Origin: Bacillota bacterium
Lineage (GTDB): Bacteria > Bacillota_I > Bacilli_A > RFN20 > CAG-288
Assembly (NCBI GenBank): GCA_036830315.1
Contig: DAISOU010000002.1
Coordinates: 45,132-109,131 of the forward strand
Reading direction: 5' to 3'
DNA length: 64,000 nucleotides
Below, piece by piece: positions 28,149-38,384 of the stretch; the stretch's first letter is position 1, and each line of letters opens with the position of its first letter. The translations under genes were made by a program, and so were the position numbers. The notes beneath the pieces are model-generated. The model was given only the letters and a program-made list of their open reading frames with translations, had not been told where the DNA came from and made no database searches.

Positions 28149-31076
28149 ATGAAAAAGCCTTTAAAGATTACAATAGTGTCGATTCTGGGACTCTTGTCTG
28201 TCGCTTTAGCCGGAGGTTCGGTTATTGCCGGTCTCAACGCTGACCTGATCACTACCCGTCTCAACGGAACTGGTCAGAAATTTGATTCTTCTGATTTCCA
28301 GGAAGCTGCTGCCTCAAGTGATGCCTTATGCCAGAAAATCGGTGAAAACAGTATCGCCTTACTCAAGAACAATAATAATGTTCTGCCTTTAGGAACCAAG
28401 AATATCAACGTCTTAGGCTGGCATGCCACTGATGCCGGTTTCCATCTTTCCGGTATAGGCTCTGGTTCCTCGACCATTCAGGAATCCAAGAAAGTCACCT
28501 TACTGAAAGCCTTAAGCGATGGCGGATATTCAGTCAATCAGGATTTTATCGATATGTATACTAAGTATGATTCCACTGGCAATGATTATAAGACTGGAAA
28601 TACAAAGCGTATTCCGTTAGTTGAGCCTTCAGTAAATGAAAATTATTATACGAATGAAATGATGACTGATGCCAAGGAATTTTCTGATACCGCTTTAGTA
28701 GTGATTTCTAGAATCGGCGGAGAAAACGTCGGTGAGATTCCTACCTATCAGTCTAAGACTCATGGTCAGGCCAATGACAATATCAGAAACTATCTTCAGC
28801 TATCAAAAGAAGAAGATGATTTACTTGATCTGGCCGAAGAAAATTTCGACAAGGTCATTGTCCTCATCAATTCGACTAACCAGATGCAGGTTCCCCGTCT
28901 TAAAAACGACGACAAGATCGATGCGGTTTTAAATGTCGGTGTTTTAGGACAAAGCGGTGCCAGAGCGATACCAAAGATCCTCAGCGGTGAAGTCAACCCC
29001 AGCGGTCGACTGACTGATACCTGGTCTAACGATTATACCAAAGCTCCTTCTTTCAAGAACTACGTCAAGAGCGGAAACAATATCGCTTATCGGGAAGACA
29101 TCTATTTTGGCTACAAGTGGTATGAGACGGCTGATACGATGAATTTCTTCGCTGATTCTTCTTTCGACGACGACTATGCCTCGCTTTCAGGCTATGATGC
29201 TGAGGTCACTTATCCTTTTGGATACGGTCTTTCCTATACTTCTTTTGCCTGGCATATCGATAAGGTCTCTTTAGATGAAGGGACAGCTTTGAAGGCTGAC
29301 TCCAATATCAAACTGGAATTATCGGTCACTAACACTGGAAGTGTCAAAGGCGCTGATGCCGTAGAGCTTTTCTATTCTGCTCCTTATTATGACGGACAGA
29401 TTGAAAAATCCAGCCTTAATCTGGCTGATTTTGCTAAATCGACAGTTTTAGAGCCTGGACAGACACAAGGAGGTATCGAAGTCTCCTTGGATGCCTATGA
29501 TATGGCAAGTTATGACTGCTACAACAAGAACGGAAATGACTTCACAGGTTATGAGCTTGATAAAGGCACCTATACTCTTTCACTGAGAGAGAATTCTCAC
29601 ACTCTTAAAAAGATGGACTCGGATAGTGAAAAAAATCAGCTCACTTATATTGTCGGAGATGAAGGCATCCAGTTTGAAAAAGATCCTACAACCGGAACAA
29701 AGGTTACAAATCAGATGACAGGCGATGATGCCTATGCCGGTGTTCCGATAGACGGAAGCACCGTCTTCTCCTCTTCTACTTATCTTTCGAGAAGTGATTT
29801 CGCCAATACTTTCCCACATGCTTTGAATACTTCGGGAATGAATAGCTCCAATATCAGCAAAGCCAACAACTATACTTCCAGTGCTGATAAACAGACTTCT
29901 CTTCCGGCACTTTCTGAAGATAACGGGCTTTATCTCTATACCAAGAAAGACGGCAGCAAAGCTACTAATGCCGAGCTTTCAAAAGGCGAGAATATCGTCA
30001 TAAATGATGCTTTGGTTCAAAAAATCGGTTCCGATTATGATTCACAGGAGCTATCGAAGATAACCGATCAGCTGTCGGCTGCTGACTGTGCCTCGATAGT
30101 CGAAAACGGCGGATTTGGAACACCTGTTGTCGAAACGATTGGAAAAACAAAAGGTAAAGACTATGATGGCCCGGCTGGTTTCAACGCCACTTCTCAAACT
30201 GACATCAACGGCGAATGGACCGCCTTCCCTAATGAGACTCTGATCGCTCAGTCCTTCTCTAAGCAGATAGCCAAGGAAATGGGTATGGCCTGTGGCATAG
30301 AAGCTAACCTCACTGGTCTTTCCGGCTGGTATGCACCTGGCGTCAACCTTCATCGCACCCCCTTCAACGGACGTAATTACGAATACTATTCCGAAGATGC
30401 CGTTCTATCCGGATATCTGGCTTCCAATGTCATTGAAGGTGCAAAATCCTACGGCTTATATTCTTATATCAAGCATTTCACTTTGAGTGAGCCTGGTGTC
30501 AACGCCAATAACCTCAATACCTGGCTTACTGAGCAGAACTATCGTGAAGAATACCTCAAGCCGTTTGAAATCGCCGTCAAGAAGGGCAAAGCGACTGGCA
30601 TCATGTCAGCCTTCAACTCTATTGGCGGTGTCTGGGCCGGTGCCAATTATGCTCAGAACATCACAATTTTAAGAGAAGAGTGGGGTTTCAGAGGAACGAT
30701 GATTACTGACTGGACTTATGGCGGCGGCAATATGAATACGACCGCTGGTCTTAATGGAGGAAATGATATCTGGCTGACCCCGGCTACTCATCAGTCTCCT
30801 ATCAATACCTCCGATCCGACGATGGTCTACCTGGCCAAAAGAGCTGCCAAGAATGTCATCTATACTTACTGCAACGCCTATACTTATGCCAAAAACTATG
30901 ATCACAGCAAGGATTCTCAGAAGGTCACTATCGGAACCGTCATCAAAAACGAACAGGGCTTCCCTTGGTGGATTCCTCTTCTTGCCTCTATTGATGTTGT
31001 GGTGATTGGCTCTACTCTGACATTTGCCTTCTTCGCTTTCATCTTACCGATAATCAAGAAGAAAAAATCAATCTGA
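28149..31076 (+). CDS. GH3 exo-glycosidase (GH3-4), N- and C-terminal TM anchors
   Basis: RBS TAGGAGAA. Motifs: LLKNNNNVLPL, ISRIGGENVG, VTYPFGYGLSYTSF, VTNTGSVKGADAVELFY, WYAPGVNLHRTPFNGRNYEYYSEDAVLSG, KHFTLSEPGV (divergent), GFRGTMITDW. Confidence 0.9.
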   Translation: MKKPLKITIVSILGLLSVALAGGSVIAGLNADLITTRLNGTGQKFDSSDFQEAAASSDALCQKIGENSIALLKNNNNVLPLGTKNINVLGWHATDAGFHLSGIGSGSSTIQESKKVTLLKALSDGGYSVNQDFIDMYTKYDSTGNDYKTGNTKRIPLVEPSVNENYYTNEMMTDAKEFSDTALVVISRIGGENVGEIPTYQSKTHGQANDNIRNYLQLSKEEDDLLDLAEENFDKVIVLINSTNQMQVPRLKNDDKIDAVLNVGVLGQSGARAIPKILSGEVNPSGRLTDTWSNDYTKAPSFKNYVKSGNNIAYREDIYFGYKWYETADTMNFFADSSFDDDYASLSGYDAEVTYPFGYGLSYTSFAWHIDKVSLDEGTALKADSNIKLELSVTNTGSVKGADAVELFYSAPYYDGQIEKSSLNLADFAKSTVLEPGQTQGGIEVSLDAYDMASYDCYNKNGNDFTGYELDKGTYTLSLRENSHTLKKMDSDSEKNQLTYIVGDEGIQFEKDPTTGTKVTNQMTGDDAYAGVPIDGSTVFSSSTYLSRSDFANTFPHALNTSGMNSSNISKANNYTSSADKQTSLPALSEDNGLYLYTKKDGSKATNAELSKGENIVINDALVQKIGSDYDSQELSKITDQLSAADCASIVENGGFGTPVVETIGKTKGKDYDGPAGFNATSQTDINGEWTAFPNETLIAQSFSKQIAKEMGMACGIEANLTGLSGWYAPGVNLHRTPFNGRNYEYYSEDAVLSGYLASNVIEGAKSYGLYSYIKHFTLSEPGVNANNLNTWLTEQNYREEYLKPFEIAVKKGKATGIMSAFNSIGGVWAGANYAQNITILREEWGFRGTMITDWTYGGGNMNTTAGLNGGNDIWLTPATHQSPINTSDPTMVYLAKRAAKNVIYTYCNAYTYAKNYDHSKDSQKVTIGTVIKNEQGFPWWIPLLASIDVVVIGSTLTFAFFAFILPIIKKKKSI

Positions 31077-31085
31077 CGACAATAG

Positions 31086-31116
31086 GGGCTAGGGTTGTGC
31101 CCTAGCCCTTATTTAT
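31086..31116 (+). terminator. Strong hairpin between GH3-4 and GH3-5
   Basis: GGGCTAGGG-ttgtg-CCCTAGCCC followed by TTATTTATT. Confidence 0.7.
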
Positions 31117-31129
31117 TGAAAGGAACAAA

Positions 31130-34042
31130 ATGTTTAGTAAAAAAGGAAAGATAATCACTGGTATTTCAGTTGGCTTTTTATCTGTGGTTCTGATTGCTTC
31201 TAATATCGCCTGCGGGATTATGAACGAAGATATATCCATTTATTTAAACGGATATGGAAATGACTTTTCCAAGTTGAATTACGAACAGGGAGACCAGGTC
31301 TGTCAGGATATCGAAGGAGAAGGAATTGTCTTGCTGAAGAATCAAGACAATGTCCTTCCCCTAACGGATATCAGTAAGGTCAATGTCTTTGGCTGGGGCG
31401 GATCAGATGGCGGATTCATAGTTTCGGGAGCAGGCTCTGGTGCTTCTGATGACAGAGGATCAGGAAACAAAATCACTTTGCTGGAAGCTTTTGAGGAAAA
31501 AGGCATCGAGACTAACAGCGAGTTGAATAAAGTATATTCTGATTATTCCTCTAAACGTGAAGCGACTGACTACTGGAATTCTGCTTATCCTTTCTTCAAC
31601 CTTATTGAACCTCCAGTCAGTAAAGTCTCTCCTCTTATCGAGGATGCCTTAGTCTTTTCAAAGACGGCGATTGTCGTCATCTCCAGATTAGGAGGTGAAG
31701 GTCAGGATCTTCCTCATGTTCAGAAGAAGACCAAACTGGCGGAAGACAAGACTAGAACCTATCTGGAGTTATCAACAGAGGAAGAAGGTCTTTTAAATGA
31801 AATAAGTACTGCCGGCTTTGATAATGTGATTGTCCTTTTAAATACCTGCAATGCGATGGAATTAGGATTCCTCAATGAAAATTATATCGATGCGGCATTA
31901 TTGGTATCAGCTCCTGGGCAGTCAGGTACACTTAGTATTGTCGATGTCCTTCTAGGGAAGAAGAACCCCAGTGGAAAGACAGTTGACACCTACGCCTATG
32001 ATAGCAAGACCGCCGCAACTTATGCCAATTGTCCTAACTGTCGGGAAACCAACAATCAGACGGCCGGCATCAAGTCCTATACAAACGGAGGAAGCTACGT
32101 CGATTATCAAGAGGGAATCTATGTCGGATATAAATGGTATGAAACCGCTGATGAAGAAGGATACTTTAATGATGTCGATAATGAATTTGGCAAAGGTTAC
32201 AAAGGAGTAGTCCAATATCCTTTCGGATATGGACAAAGCTATTCTTCATTCGATTGGAATGTCAATAGCATCGAACCGGCTATCGGTTCTACAATAACAT
32301 CTGATACTACGATAACAATTAAGGTCTGGGTAACTAACACTTCCTATGCTGAGGGACAGGATGTAGTGCAGCTTTATTATTCTGCTCCCTATTATGAAGG
32401 CGGTATTGAAAAGAGTTCAGTCAATCTGGTAGCCTTTGACAAGACCCAGGTTTTAGAAAGGACTGACGGCGACAAGTCATCTCAGCTTCTGACGCTCTCT
32501 TTCAAAGCCGAAGAGATGAAGTCTTATGATTTCGATAACAGAAACGGCAATGGTTTCTCAGGATACGAATTAGAAGAAGGAGACTATAAGATTTCCCTCA
32601 GAACAGACGCTCACACTTTGAAAGGTATTGAAAATGACGTCATCACCTATCATGTAGGGAAAACAGAAAAATTATCTAAGGACAGCAAAACCGGAAATAC
32701 AGTCGAAAACCGATTCACCGGGGATGAAGCTGAAGGTCAGGTCTCTATCGATGGTTCAGATTCTAATGCCGATATCAAATATCTGTCTCGAAAAGACTTC
32801 CAAGGCACTTTTCCTACAAGAACAAATGAGAGAAGGACAAAGACTTCCAATATCATCGCCTTAGGCGATAACTGGCTCTGTCATGAAAATGACACTGACA
32901 TCAAACCGATACAGGGCGACAAGTCGACTGATTTGAAGCTTTATTCTGATGATTCAGTTCTGAATATGGATCTTATTCAAAAACTCGGAGATGATTACGA
33001 TGCTGTCGAATACGAGTCTCTTCTCAATCAGATGACAGTTTCGGAATTAGCGACGCTGGTTGAATCGGGCGGTTATCGAACAGCTGCTGTCTCTTCGATA
33101 GGAAAACCGGAAATCAGAGACTTAGATGGTCCTTCCGGTCTCAATGAAACCAATATGAGCAGTGATACGAAAGCCAAATGGACTTCTTTCCCAGTTGAAA
33201 CTGTCTTAGCTCAGACTTTTTCCAAGAGACTGTCTTATATCTATGGTTTGGCTCTTGGAAAAGAAGCCGGTGCCACTAAAGTCGGTGGAATTTATGCGCC
33301 CGCCTGCAACATCCATCGTTCTCCTTTTGACGGACGAAATTTCGAATATTACTCCGAAGACCCTTATCTTAGCGGAATCATGGCTTCTAAGACTGTTCTC
33401 GGAGCTACAAATAACGGTCTTTACTGCTATGTGAAGCACTTTGCCGTCAATGAGACTGAGAATCAGAGATCGGGATTATTTACTTGGCTTACTGAACAGT
33501 CTTTGCGGGAAATCTATCTCAGACCCTTTGAAATCACTGTCAAAGAAGGAAAAGCCAATGCCATCATGTCTTCGTTTAATCGTCTTGGTGCCACCTGGAC
33601 TGGCGGAAGCTATGCCCTACTTACTAAAATTCTCAGAGAAGAATGGGGGTTTAAGGGAACTGTCGTCACTGACTATTCTTCAGGAGGTTCCTATATGAAC
33701 CCCGATCAGGGACTCAGAGCCGGGAATGACATGTGGCTCAATGGTCTTCGAAGCGATGAAATCGACGGCCACAAAGACAAGACATCGGCGACTGCCTTAA
33801 GTGTGGAAAGAAAAGCCGCTCACAATATCATCTATACTTATTGCAATACCTTGGCAGTTCAGAAAAAATATCAGGAAAATGTCGGTGAGGACGAAAAAGA
33901 ATTCACTACCGAAATCGGCGCCAAGGAAGCTTCCAAGCTGAATAATTCCTGGGTCTATTATCTTGTTTCTTTTGATATTTTGGCTGTGATAGGCGGCGTG
34001 GTTCTTTCATTCTTTGCCTTCTTTAGAAAGAAGAACATATAA
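31130..34042 (+). CDS. GH3 exo-glycosidase (GH3-5), N- and C-terminal TM anchors
   Basis: Motifs: GEGIVLLKNQDNVLPL, ISRLGGEGQDLP, VQYPFGYGQSYSSF, VTNTSYAEGQDVVQLYY, IYAPACNIHRSPFDGRNFEYYSEDPYLSG, KHFAVNETENQR, GFKGTVVTDY. Confidence 0.9.
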   Translation: MFSKKGKIITGISVGFLSVVLIASNIACGIMNEDISIYLNGYGNDFSKLNYEQGDQVCQDIEGEGIVLLKNQDNVLPLTDISKVNVFGWGGSDGGFIVSGAGSGASDDRGSGNKITLLEAFEEKGIETNSELNKVYSDYSSKREATDYWNSAYPFFNLIEPPVSKVSPLIEDALVFSKTAIVVISRLGGEGQDLPHVQKKTKLAEDKTRTYLELSTEEEGLLNEISTAGFDNVIVLLNTCNAMELGFLNENYIDAALLVSAPGQSGTLSIVDVLLGKKNPSGKTVDTYAYDSKTAATYANCPNCRETNNQTAGIKSYTNGGSYVDYQEGIYVGYKWYETADEEGYFNDVDNEFGKGYKGVVQYPFGYGQSYSSFDWNVNSIEPAIGSTITSDTTITIKVWVTNTSYAEGQDVVQLYYSAPYYEGGIEKSSVNLVAFDKTQVLERTDGDKSSQLLTLSFKAEEMKSYDFDNRNGNGFSGYELEEGDYKISLRTDAHTLKGIENDVITYHVGKTEKLSKDSKTGNTVENRFTGDEAEGQVSIDGSDSNADIKYLSRKDFQGTFPTRTNERRTKTSNIIALGDNWLCHENDTDIKPIQGDKSTDLKLYSDDSVLNMDLIQKLGDDYDAVEYESLLNQMTVSELATLVESGGYRTAAVSSIGKPEIRDLDGPSGLNETNMSSDTKAKWTSFPVETVLAQTFSKRLSYIYGLALGKEAGATKVGGIYAPACNIHRSPFDGRNFEYYSEDPYLSGIMASKTVLGATNNGLYCYVKHFAVNETENQRSGLFTWLTEQSLREIYLRPFEITVKEGKANAIMSSFNRLGATWTGGSYALLTKILREEWGFKGTVVTDYSSGGSYMNPDQGLRAGNDMWLNGLRSDEIDGHKDKTSATALSVERKAAHNIIYTYCNTLAVQKKYQENVGEDEKEFTTEIGAKEASKLNNSWVYYLVSFDILAVIGGVVLSFFAFFRKKNI

Positions 34043-34057
34043 GACTTAAACACAACA

Positions 34058-34126
34058 GAAAACGATGGGCTTTTAGTGAATTCCTGGTCTGATGTTGGAA
34101 TTCATTTAACTTAGGTCCATCGTTTT
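34058..34126. terminator. Nested hairpins between convergent genes
   Basis: The outer stem GAAAACGATGG (34058-34068) pairs with CCATCGTTTT (34117-34126). It encloses GAATTCC (34078-34084) paired with GGAATTC (34097-34103). Confidence 0.5.
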
Positions 34127-34135
34127 AGTTTGTTT

Positions 34136-36454
34136 TTAAATCAATATCAGATAGAGTTCCCAGTGGCTGTTCATACCCTGGAAGTTCTTGATACGATAGG
34201 TGCCATTAGAGGTCACCAGGGATTTGATGCCGTAATCAAGAGGCAGGTATTCGGGATAGAAGGCACAGTAGGAAATGTGTTCATTGGAGATATCGACATA
34301 GGAGTCAGCGACTTTCTGAACTACTTTGAGCTGGTACTTTCTTTCTTTGACCATATTGGTAAGATCAATTAAGGATGTGAAGGAGTTATCTTCTTTGACT
34401 GCGAGTTTGGTTAACAGCGGATTTTCAGGATAGATGTTATTTCCGTTAGTTCCAAAGACCAGGTAATTGAGCTGCAGGTAGAGAGAGTCTTTATCAAGAA
34501 GGCTGTTGACATATCCAGAGATCATGGCCTGCGGTTCATTGTCTTTGGAGATGAAGCTGATATCGGTGGCCTTGGCGTTATCTTTGTCTTTGAAGACCTT
34601 GTAGTAGCTGGTTGTCTGATAGGATTCGGTTTTGACGCAGAACATGAAGCCATCTGCTGAAGAGTTAACGGCACTGACAGTCTCCAGAAACTCATTTGTT
34701 ATTTCATTGTCTCCGTACTGAGCGCCAATCCAATGGATGCTGTAATTGGTATACGACTTGATGTCATTGATATCGATATCGACTTGGAAATTGTAGTCTT
34801 CATCAGTAATGATATCAGCTTTGAAATGAGTGATGCTTTTTTCTTCGGATGAAGTATAGATATCGATGTAGGATTCTCCTTTTCGGAAAGAGCCTTTTAG
34901 GCGGAGGTTCATCCTGCCGTCGATGTTGACATAATCGAAAGAATAAAGAGAAGCGCTGTAGTCTTTGATCTCGAGTTTGAGGAAGCTGTCATAATTTCGG
35001 AAACGATAGCGGTTGAGAGTTGTTTCTGAGAATACCATCTGAGAATAGTTGTTGGCATCGCTTAACAGATATTCGTAAGTGTAGTTGTTGACATAGGTCT
35101 GATTGCCAGAGGCATCAGTGCCCATGTTGGTATTGAAATACAGTTTCAATGAATACCAGGGGCCTAACTGAGTCAATAAGGTCAAGTCCGCTTTGACTGA
35201 GAAGGAATCACCAAGTACCGTAATCGCATAGGGCTGCTTTTCCGGATTGATCTTTGAATCAGAGACAACGCTGAGAACAGGAGAAGCAACATCCATGATT
35301 TTTCCAGTTGTCGGGTCGAGAGGGAAGAGCTTCCGGTCGATTGTGCCTTCGCTGACAAAGTAGACTTTGTCGTTTTCCTCGATGATTTCAGCCTTTAAGA
35401 TATTGACGGCGGCTTTGTTGCTGAAGATGACTGATAATTGTCCGTTTTCGTTGTAGAAGGAATAGATCTTTTCATCATAGGAGATCTTCTCTGGCAGGCT
35501 TTCAGAACTGAAAGGATAATCGATGGAACTATAGACTCCGGATGATAAGACTAGATAGGCCATATAGGAAGTCTGCGGTTTTTCAAGAACTGACAGATCA
35601 AGCAAACAGGTGAAAGAATAGTCCTGATTGATTGTCGCTTTCTGATAATAGGTGAAACTGTTCTTCTGATTGATGAGGAGAAGACTGAAGTTCTTGATGT
35701 TCTTGTCGTTGACTACACCGGTAGCTTTAAGACTGATCTTGTCCTTGTTTTCAAATCCCAATGAACTGAAAGTGACCAAATCTTTTCCAAATGAGGAGTT
35801 TTCTCTAAAGACCTGGGACTGATAAATTCCTTTGTTCTGACCGAAAGAGGAGGTGAAAAGATAGTAGGGCTTATCGGCATTGCAAGTGGCGATGAATTCA
35901 TCGGAGATTGTCGCGTTTTCTAAGACTATTTCGGTACTGCTGTTCTTGAAATCAGTGGTTGAGCTTCGATAGATGCAGATTCCTCCGACATCAAAGAAGT
36001 TATTGGCGGAATATCCGTTTTCAAGATAGGAGAAGGAAATGATGTCATTTCCGGAATTGTTTCCTTTTCCCTGATTGATATACATATTGAAAGTGGGAAT
36101 GACCAGATTCTCTTTGCCTCTTATCTGATTGTCTTTGTCGACAATCAGAAGATAGAAGTCGTTATCAAAAAGAGTGTAGTTCAAGGTGATGAAGTCTTTG
36201 TTTCCAGTATAGTCAGCCTTGGTATCGGTGTCATCTAAGAGAGCGTCATCGGAAAAGAAGAAAACGTCACCTTCTTGTAGGTCTTTGCTTAATGAAAAAG
36301 AAATATCATACGAATAATCAGTTCTGACTTTAATCTGAAAACCGCTCATGAGATAAGAAGAATTACCGCCAGAGGTATTTTCCGTTGTTGCTTTCTGACA
36401 GGAAGAAAGGATGAAAGGCAGAAGGCAGAGACTGAACCAATATTTCATTTTCAT
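34136..36454 (-). CDS. Lipoprotein of an unrecognised family (paralog of 24390..26633)
   Basis: Lipobox ILSSC. Collinear similarity to the 747-aa protein over the whole length, including C-terminal GTYRIKNF...LYLILI versus GTYSVDTY...LYLTLK. Confidence 0.8.
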   Translation of the reverse strand: MKMKYWFSLCLLPFILSSCQKATTENTSGGNSSYLMSGFQIKVRTDYSYDISFSLSKDLQEGDVFFFSDDALLDDTDTKADYTGNKDFITLNYTLFDNDFYLLIVDKDNQIRGKENLVIPTFNMYINQGKGNNSGNDIISFSYLENGYSANNFFDVGGICIYRSSTTDFKNSSTEIVLENATISDEFIATCNADKPYYLFTSSFGQNKGIYQSQVFRENSSFGKDLVTFSSLGFENKDKISLKATGVVNDKNIKNFSLLLINQKNSFTYYQKATINQDYSFTCLLDLSVLEKPQTSYMAYLVLSSGVYSSIDYPFSSESLPEKISYDEKIYSFYNENGQLSVIFSNKAAVNILKAEIIEENDKVYFVSEGTIDRKLFPLDPTTGKIMDVASPVLSVVSDSKINPEKQPYAITVLGDSFSVKADLTLLTQLGPWYSLKLYFNTNMGTDASGNQTYVNNYTYEYLLSDANNYSQMVFSETTLNRYRFRNYDSFLKLEIKDYSASLYSFDYVNIDGRMNLRLKGSFRKGESYIDIYTSSEEKSITHFKADIITDEDYNFQVDIDINDIKSYTNYSIHWIGAQYGDNEITNEFLETVSAVNSSADGFMFCVKTESYQTTSYYKVFKDKDNAKATDISFISKDNEPQAMISGYVNSLLDKDSLYLQLNYLVFGTNGNNIYPENPLLTKLAVKEDNSFTSLIDLTNMVKERKYQLKVVQKVADSYVDISNEHISYCAFYPEYLPLDYGIKSLVTSNGTYRIKNFQGMNSHWELYLILI

Positions 36455-36495
36455 GTTTTCTTTAGTTTATCCTACTTTATTATTTCGTATGACAT

Positions 36496-36526
36496 TATTT
36501 CGTTACCCTTGGTCTTTATTTCATAA
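36496..36526 (-). promoter_or_regulatory. Candidate LytTR-type operator or internal promoter in front of 34136..36454
   Basis: On the minus strand: TTATGAAATA (36526-36517) and TAACGAAATA (36505-36496), 21 bp start to start. A third copy, ATACGAAATA (36490-36481), overlaps a possible -10. The ATG is at 36454. Confidence 0.5.
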
Positions 36527-36527
36527 C

Positions 36528-38384
36528 CTAGAGTGAAACTATCAGATAGTCGAAGTAGACTTCACAGCTGATAGTGCTGATTTTGACAGAATTGAGGCCT
36601 TTTTGAAGGGTGTAGTTTCCCAGGTTGATTTTGGTGAAGACATTGTCAGGAGAGGAAGAAGGCAATTCTCCAAGATATAAGGAGACCTGGGATCTGTTCA
36701 TCTGAATCTGGATTTTTGGATTCTGACTGCTCTGGCTTTTCTGATATAGGCAGATATTGGCGGAAAGAGTAAATATTCCGGAAGTATCAGAATAGAAGAA
36801 CAGAAGAAGACTGTCGTTGTTCTCTAAAAAAGAAGACTGTTTTTTGCTGGCATTCTTATTGAATCTAATCTGTTGTTTGGTATCAGATATCAGATTCTCA
36901 GCCTCGCTTTGAAAGAGACGATAATTTGATCCTACTTCATTGTGGAAGAGAGTCAGACAGTCAAGAGAATACTGATTAGTCAAAGACGTTACCTGAATGA
37001 CGTTGAGACCGGAACGGAGAGATATTTTCCCGATAGGAAGATCGACGAAGTTCTCTAAGGAATCACTCTCTTTCAATTCCACCGTATTGATGAAAACGAC
37101 AGTGGAGTTTACTTTGAGCGAGAGAATTGAAGAAAGAGCAGTCGTATTGCCTCTATATCCTAAAGTGATCGCTAAACGTGGATTGTCTTCTAAGACTGAT
37201 TCCAATTCAAATTGAACATAGGAATAACGATAGTTGTTGGTGACATAAGCTCCAGCTGAAGCGAGAGAATTATTGACGATCTTTGGTCCGTTAAGTGTGG
37301 CATCTTCGGCTTCAAAACGGCAATTGTCTCTTTTTGAAGAATAATTGATATTTGAATTCAGATAGAAAGAATCAAGGTAGAATATTCCACCTTTGTTTTC
37401 AATTGAAAGTATATTCTCATCTCTTTGAATTGAGATATTTCCGATATTGATTTCAGTGTAGGATACCGTGACATCCCTTAAGTGATTATCAAAGACCATG
37501 TTGCCGTTGAGAGTGATTTTCAGCTGAACGCTTTCACTTTCCTTGGCTGATTTTTTAATTCTTATCGAAAGCTGGGTTGAAGTCTGAGTAGAAGAAAAAA
37601 GATGACAGGTGCTGCTGTTTCCCTTTTCGGAGAAATAAGTTGAAAAGGTAGAACCGGCTTCGCTGTCTTTGATGACTAGAGCACCATTTTGCTCCATCTT
37701 CTCAGAAGGGAATTCCTGCTTTCCTTCATTGGCATTGAACGATTCGCTGTATTTGCTGTTGACAGTCTTTAAACTGACACTGGTGGTTCGATCATAGTTT
37801 GGGGTCAGAACAAAATAATCGAAAGTGAATTCCGTATTGGAAGAGGAGACAATCTCAATCGTATTCTTTCCTTCTTTCAGCTTAAGTGTGCATATATCGT
37901 TCTCGATAAAATCATAGGTGTTATAAGAAGGAGCTATCGATATTCCTGATAAGTTCTTGTGGTCGGAGTTGAGACTGAGAGAGAAAAGACTGTTGGCTTC
38001 TATTCTTTTGTTGGTGTCTGATAAAAGGGAAACAGAAGCCTGGAATTTATAGATAGCCGATTTATCGGCAATCAATGAATAGGAAAGAGATGAGCCTTTG
38101 GTGATGCTGCTTACTACCTGGCTTCCAGAGGCACTGATGTATTCGAGAACCTGGGCCTGACCGAAAAGGTCAAAATCTTCAGCTTCGTAAAGCTGTGCGC
38201 CATAGGTGGAATCAGCTTTCTCATCTTGGCTTCTGTCTACATATTGACTATAGGTATAGGAAGGAAAACTCTCTAAGCTGTCAGGGCTGTTCAAGGCAAA
38301 GAAACTGATCAAAACCGTTGTCAGAACAGCAAAGACTGTGGAGATGACGGCAAAGATGACATATAGTTTATTTTTCTTTGTCAT
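36528..38384 (-). CDS. N-terminally TM-anchored protein with about four CBM6/35-like modules
   Basis: Signal anchor LYVIFAVISTVFAVLTTVLISFFAL. Module starts: QLYEAEDFDLFG, CRFEAEDATLNG, LFQSEAENLISD. ATGs at 38390 and 38384 both lie inside the last codons of the kinase gene. I prefer 38384 because GGAGA sits 6 nt upstream. Confidence 0.8.
   Translation of the reverse strand: MTKKNKLYVIFAVISTVFAVLTTVLISFFALNSPDSLESFPSYTYSQYVDRSQDEKADSTYGAQLYEAEDFDLFGQAQVLEYISASGSQVVSSITKGSSLSYSLIADKSAIYKFQASVSLLSDTNKRIEANSLFSLSLNSDHKNLSGISIAPSYNTYDFIENDICTLKLKEGKNTIEIVSSSNTEFTFDYFVLTPNYDRTTSVSLKTVNSKYSESFNANEGKQEFPSEKMEQNGALVIKDSEAGSTFSTYFSEKGNSSTCHLFSSTQTSTQLSIRIKKSAKESESVQLKITLNGNMVFDNHLRDVTVSYTEINIGNISIQRDENILSIENKGGIFYLDSFYLNSNINYSSKRDNCRFEAEDATLNGPKIVNNSLASAGAYVTNNYRYSYVQFELESVLEDNPRLAITLGYRGNTTALSSILSLKVNSTVVFINTVELKESDSLENFVDLPIGKISLRSGLNVIQVTSLTNQYSLDCLTLFHNEVGSNYRLFQSEAENLISDTKQQIRFNKNASKKQSSFLENNDSLLLFFYSDTSGIFTLSANICLYQKSQSSQNPKIQIQMNRSQVSLYLGELPSSSPDNVFTKINLGNYTLQKGLNSVKISTISCEVYFDYLIVSL

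Noticed and set aside
31074-31076. Mycoplasma-type code 4 (TGA = Trp), considered because of the lipoprotein-rich and possibly wall-less character.
   Set aside because: TGA terminates GH3-4 (31074-31076), RR-3 (41295-41297, overlapping the kinase ATG) and the MATE gene (53996-53998). Conserved Trp positions are encoded by TGG. The standard code 11 fits.
34130-34372. An 80-aa plus-strand ORF at the end of the GH3-5 region.
   Set aside because: It overlaps the 3' end of the 772-aa minus-strand lipoprotein gene and the terminator hairpins. There is no RBS, and the sequence mirrors the opposite-strand codons.
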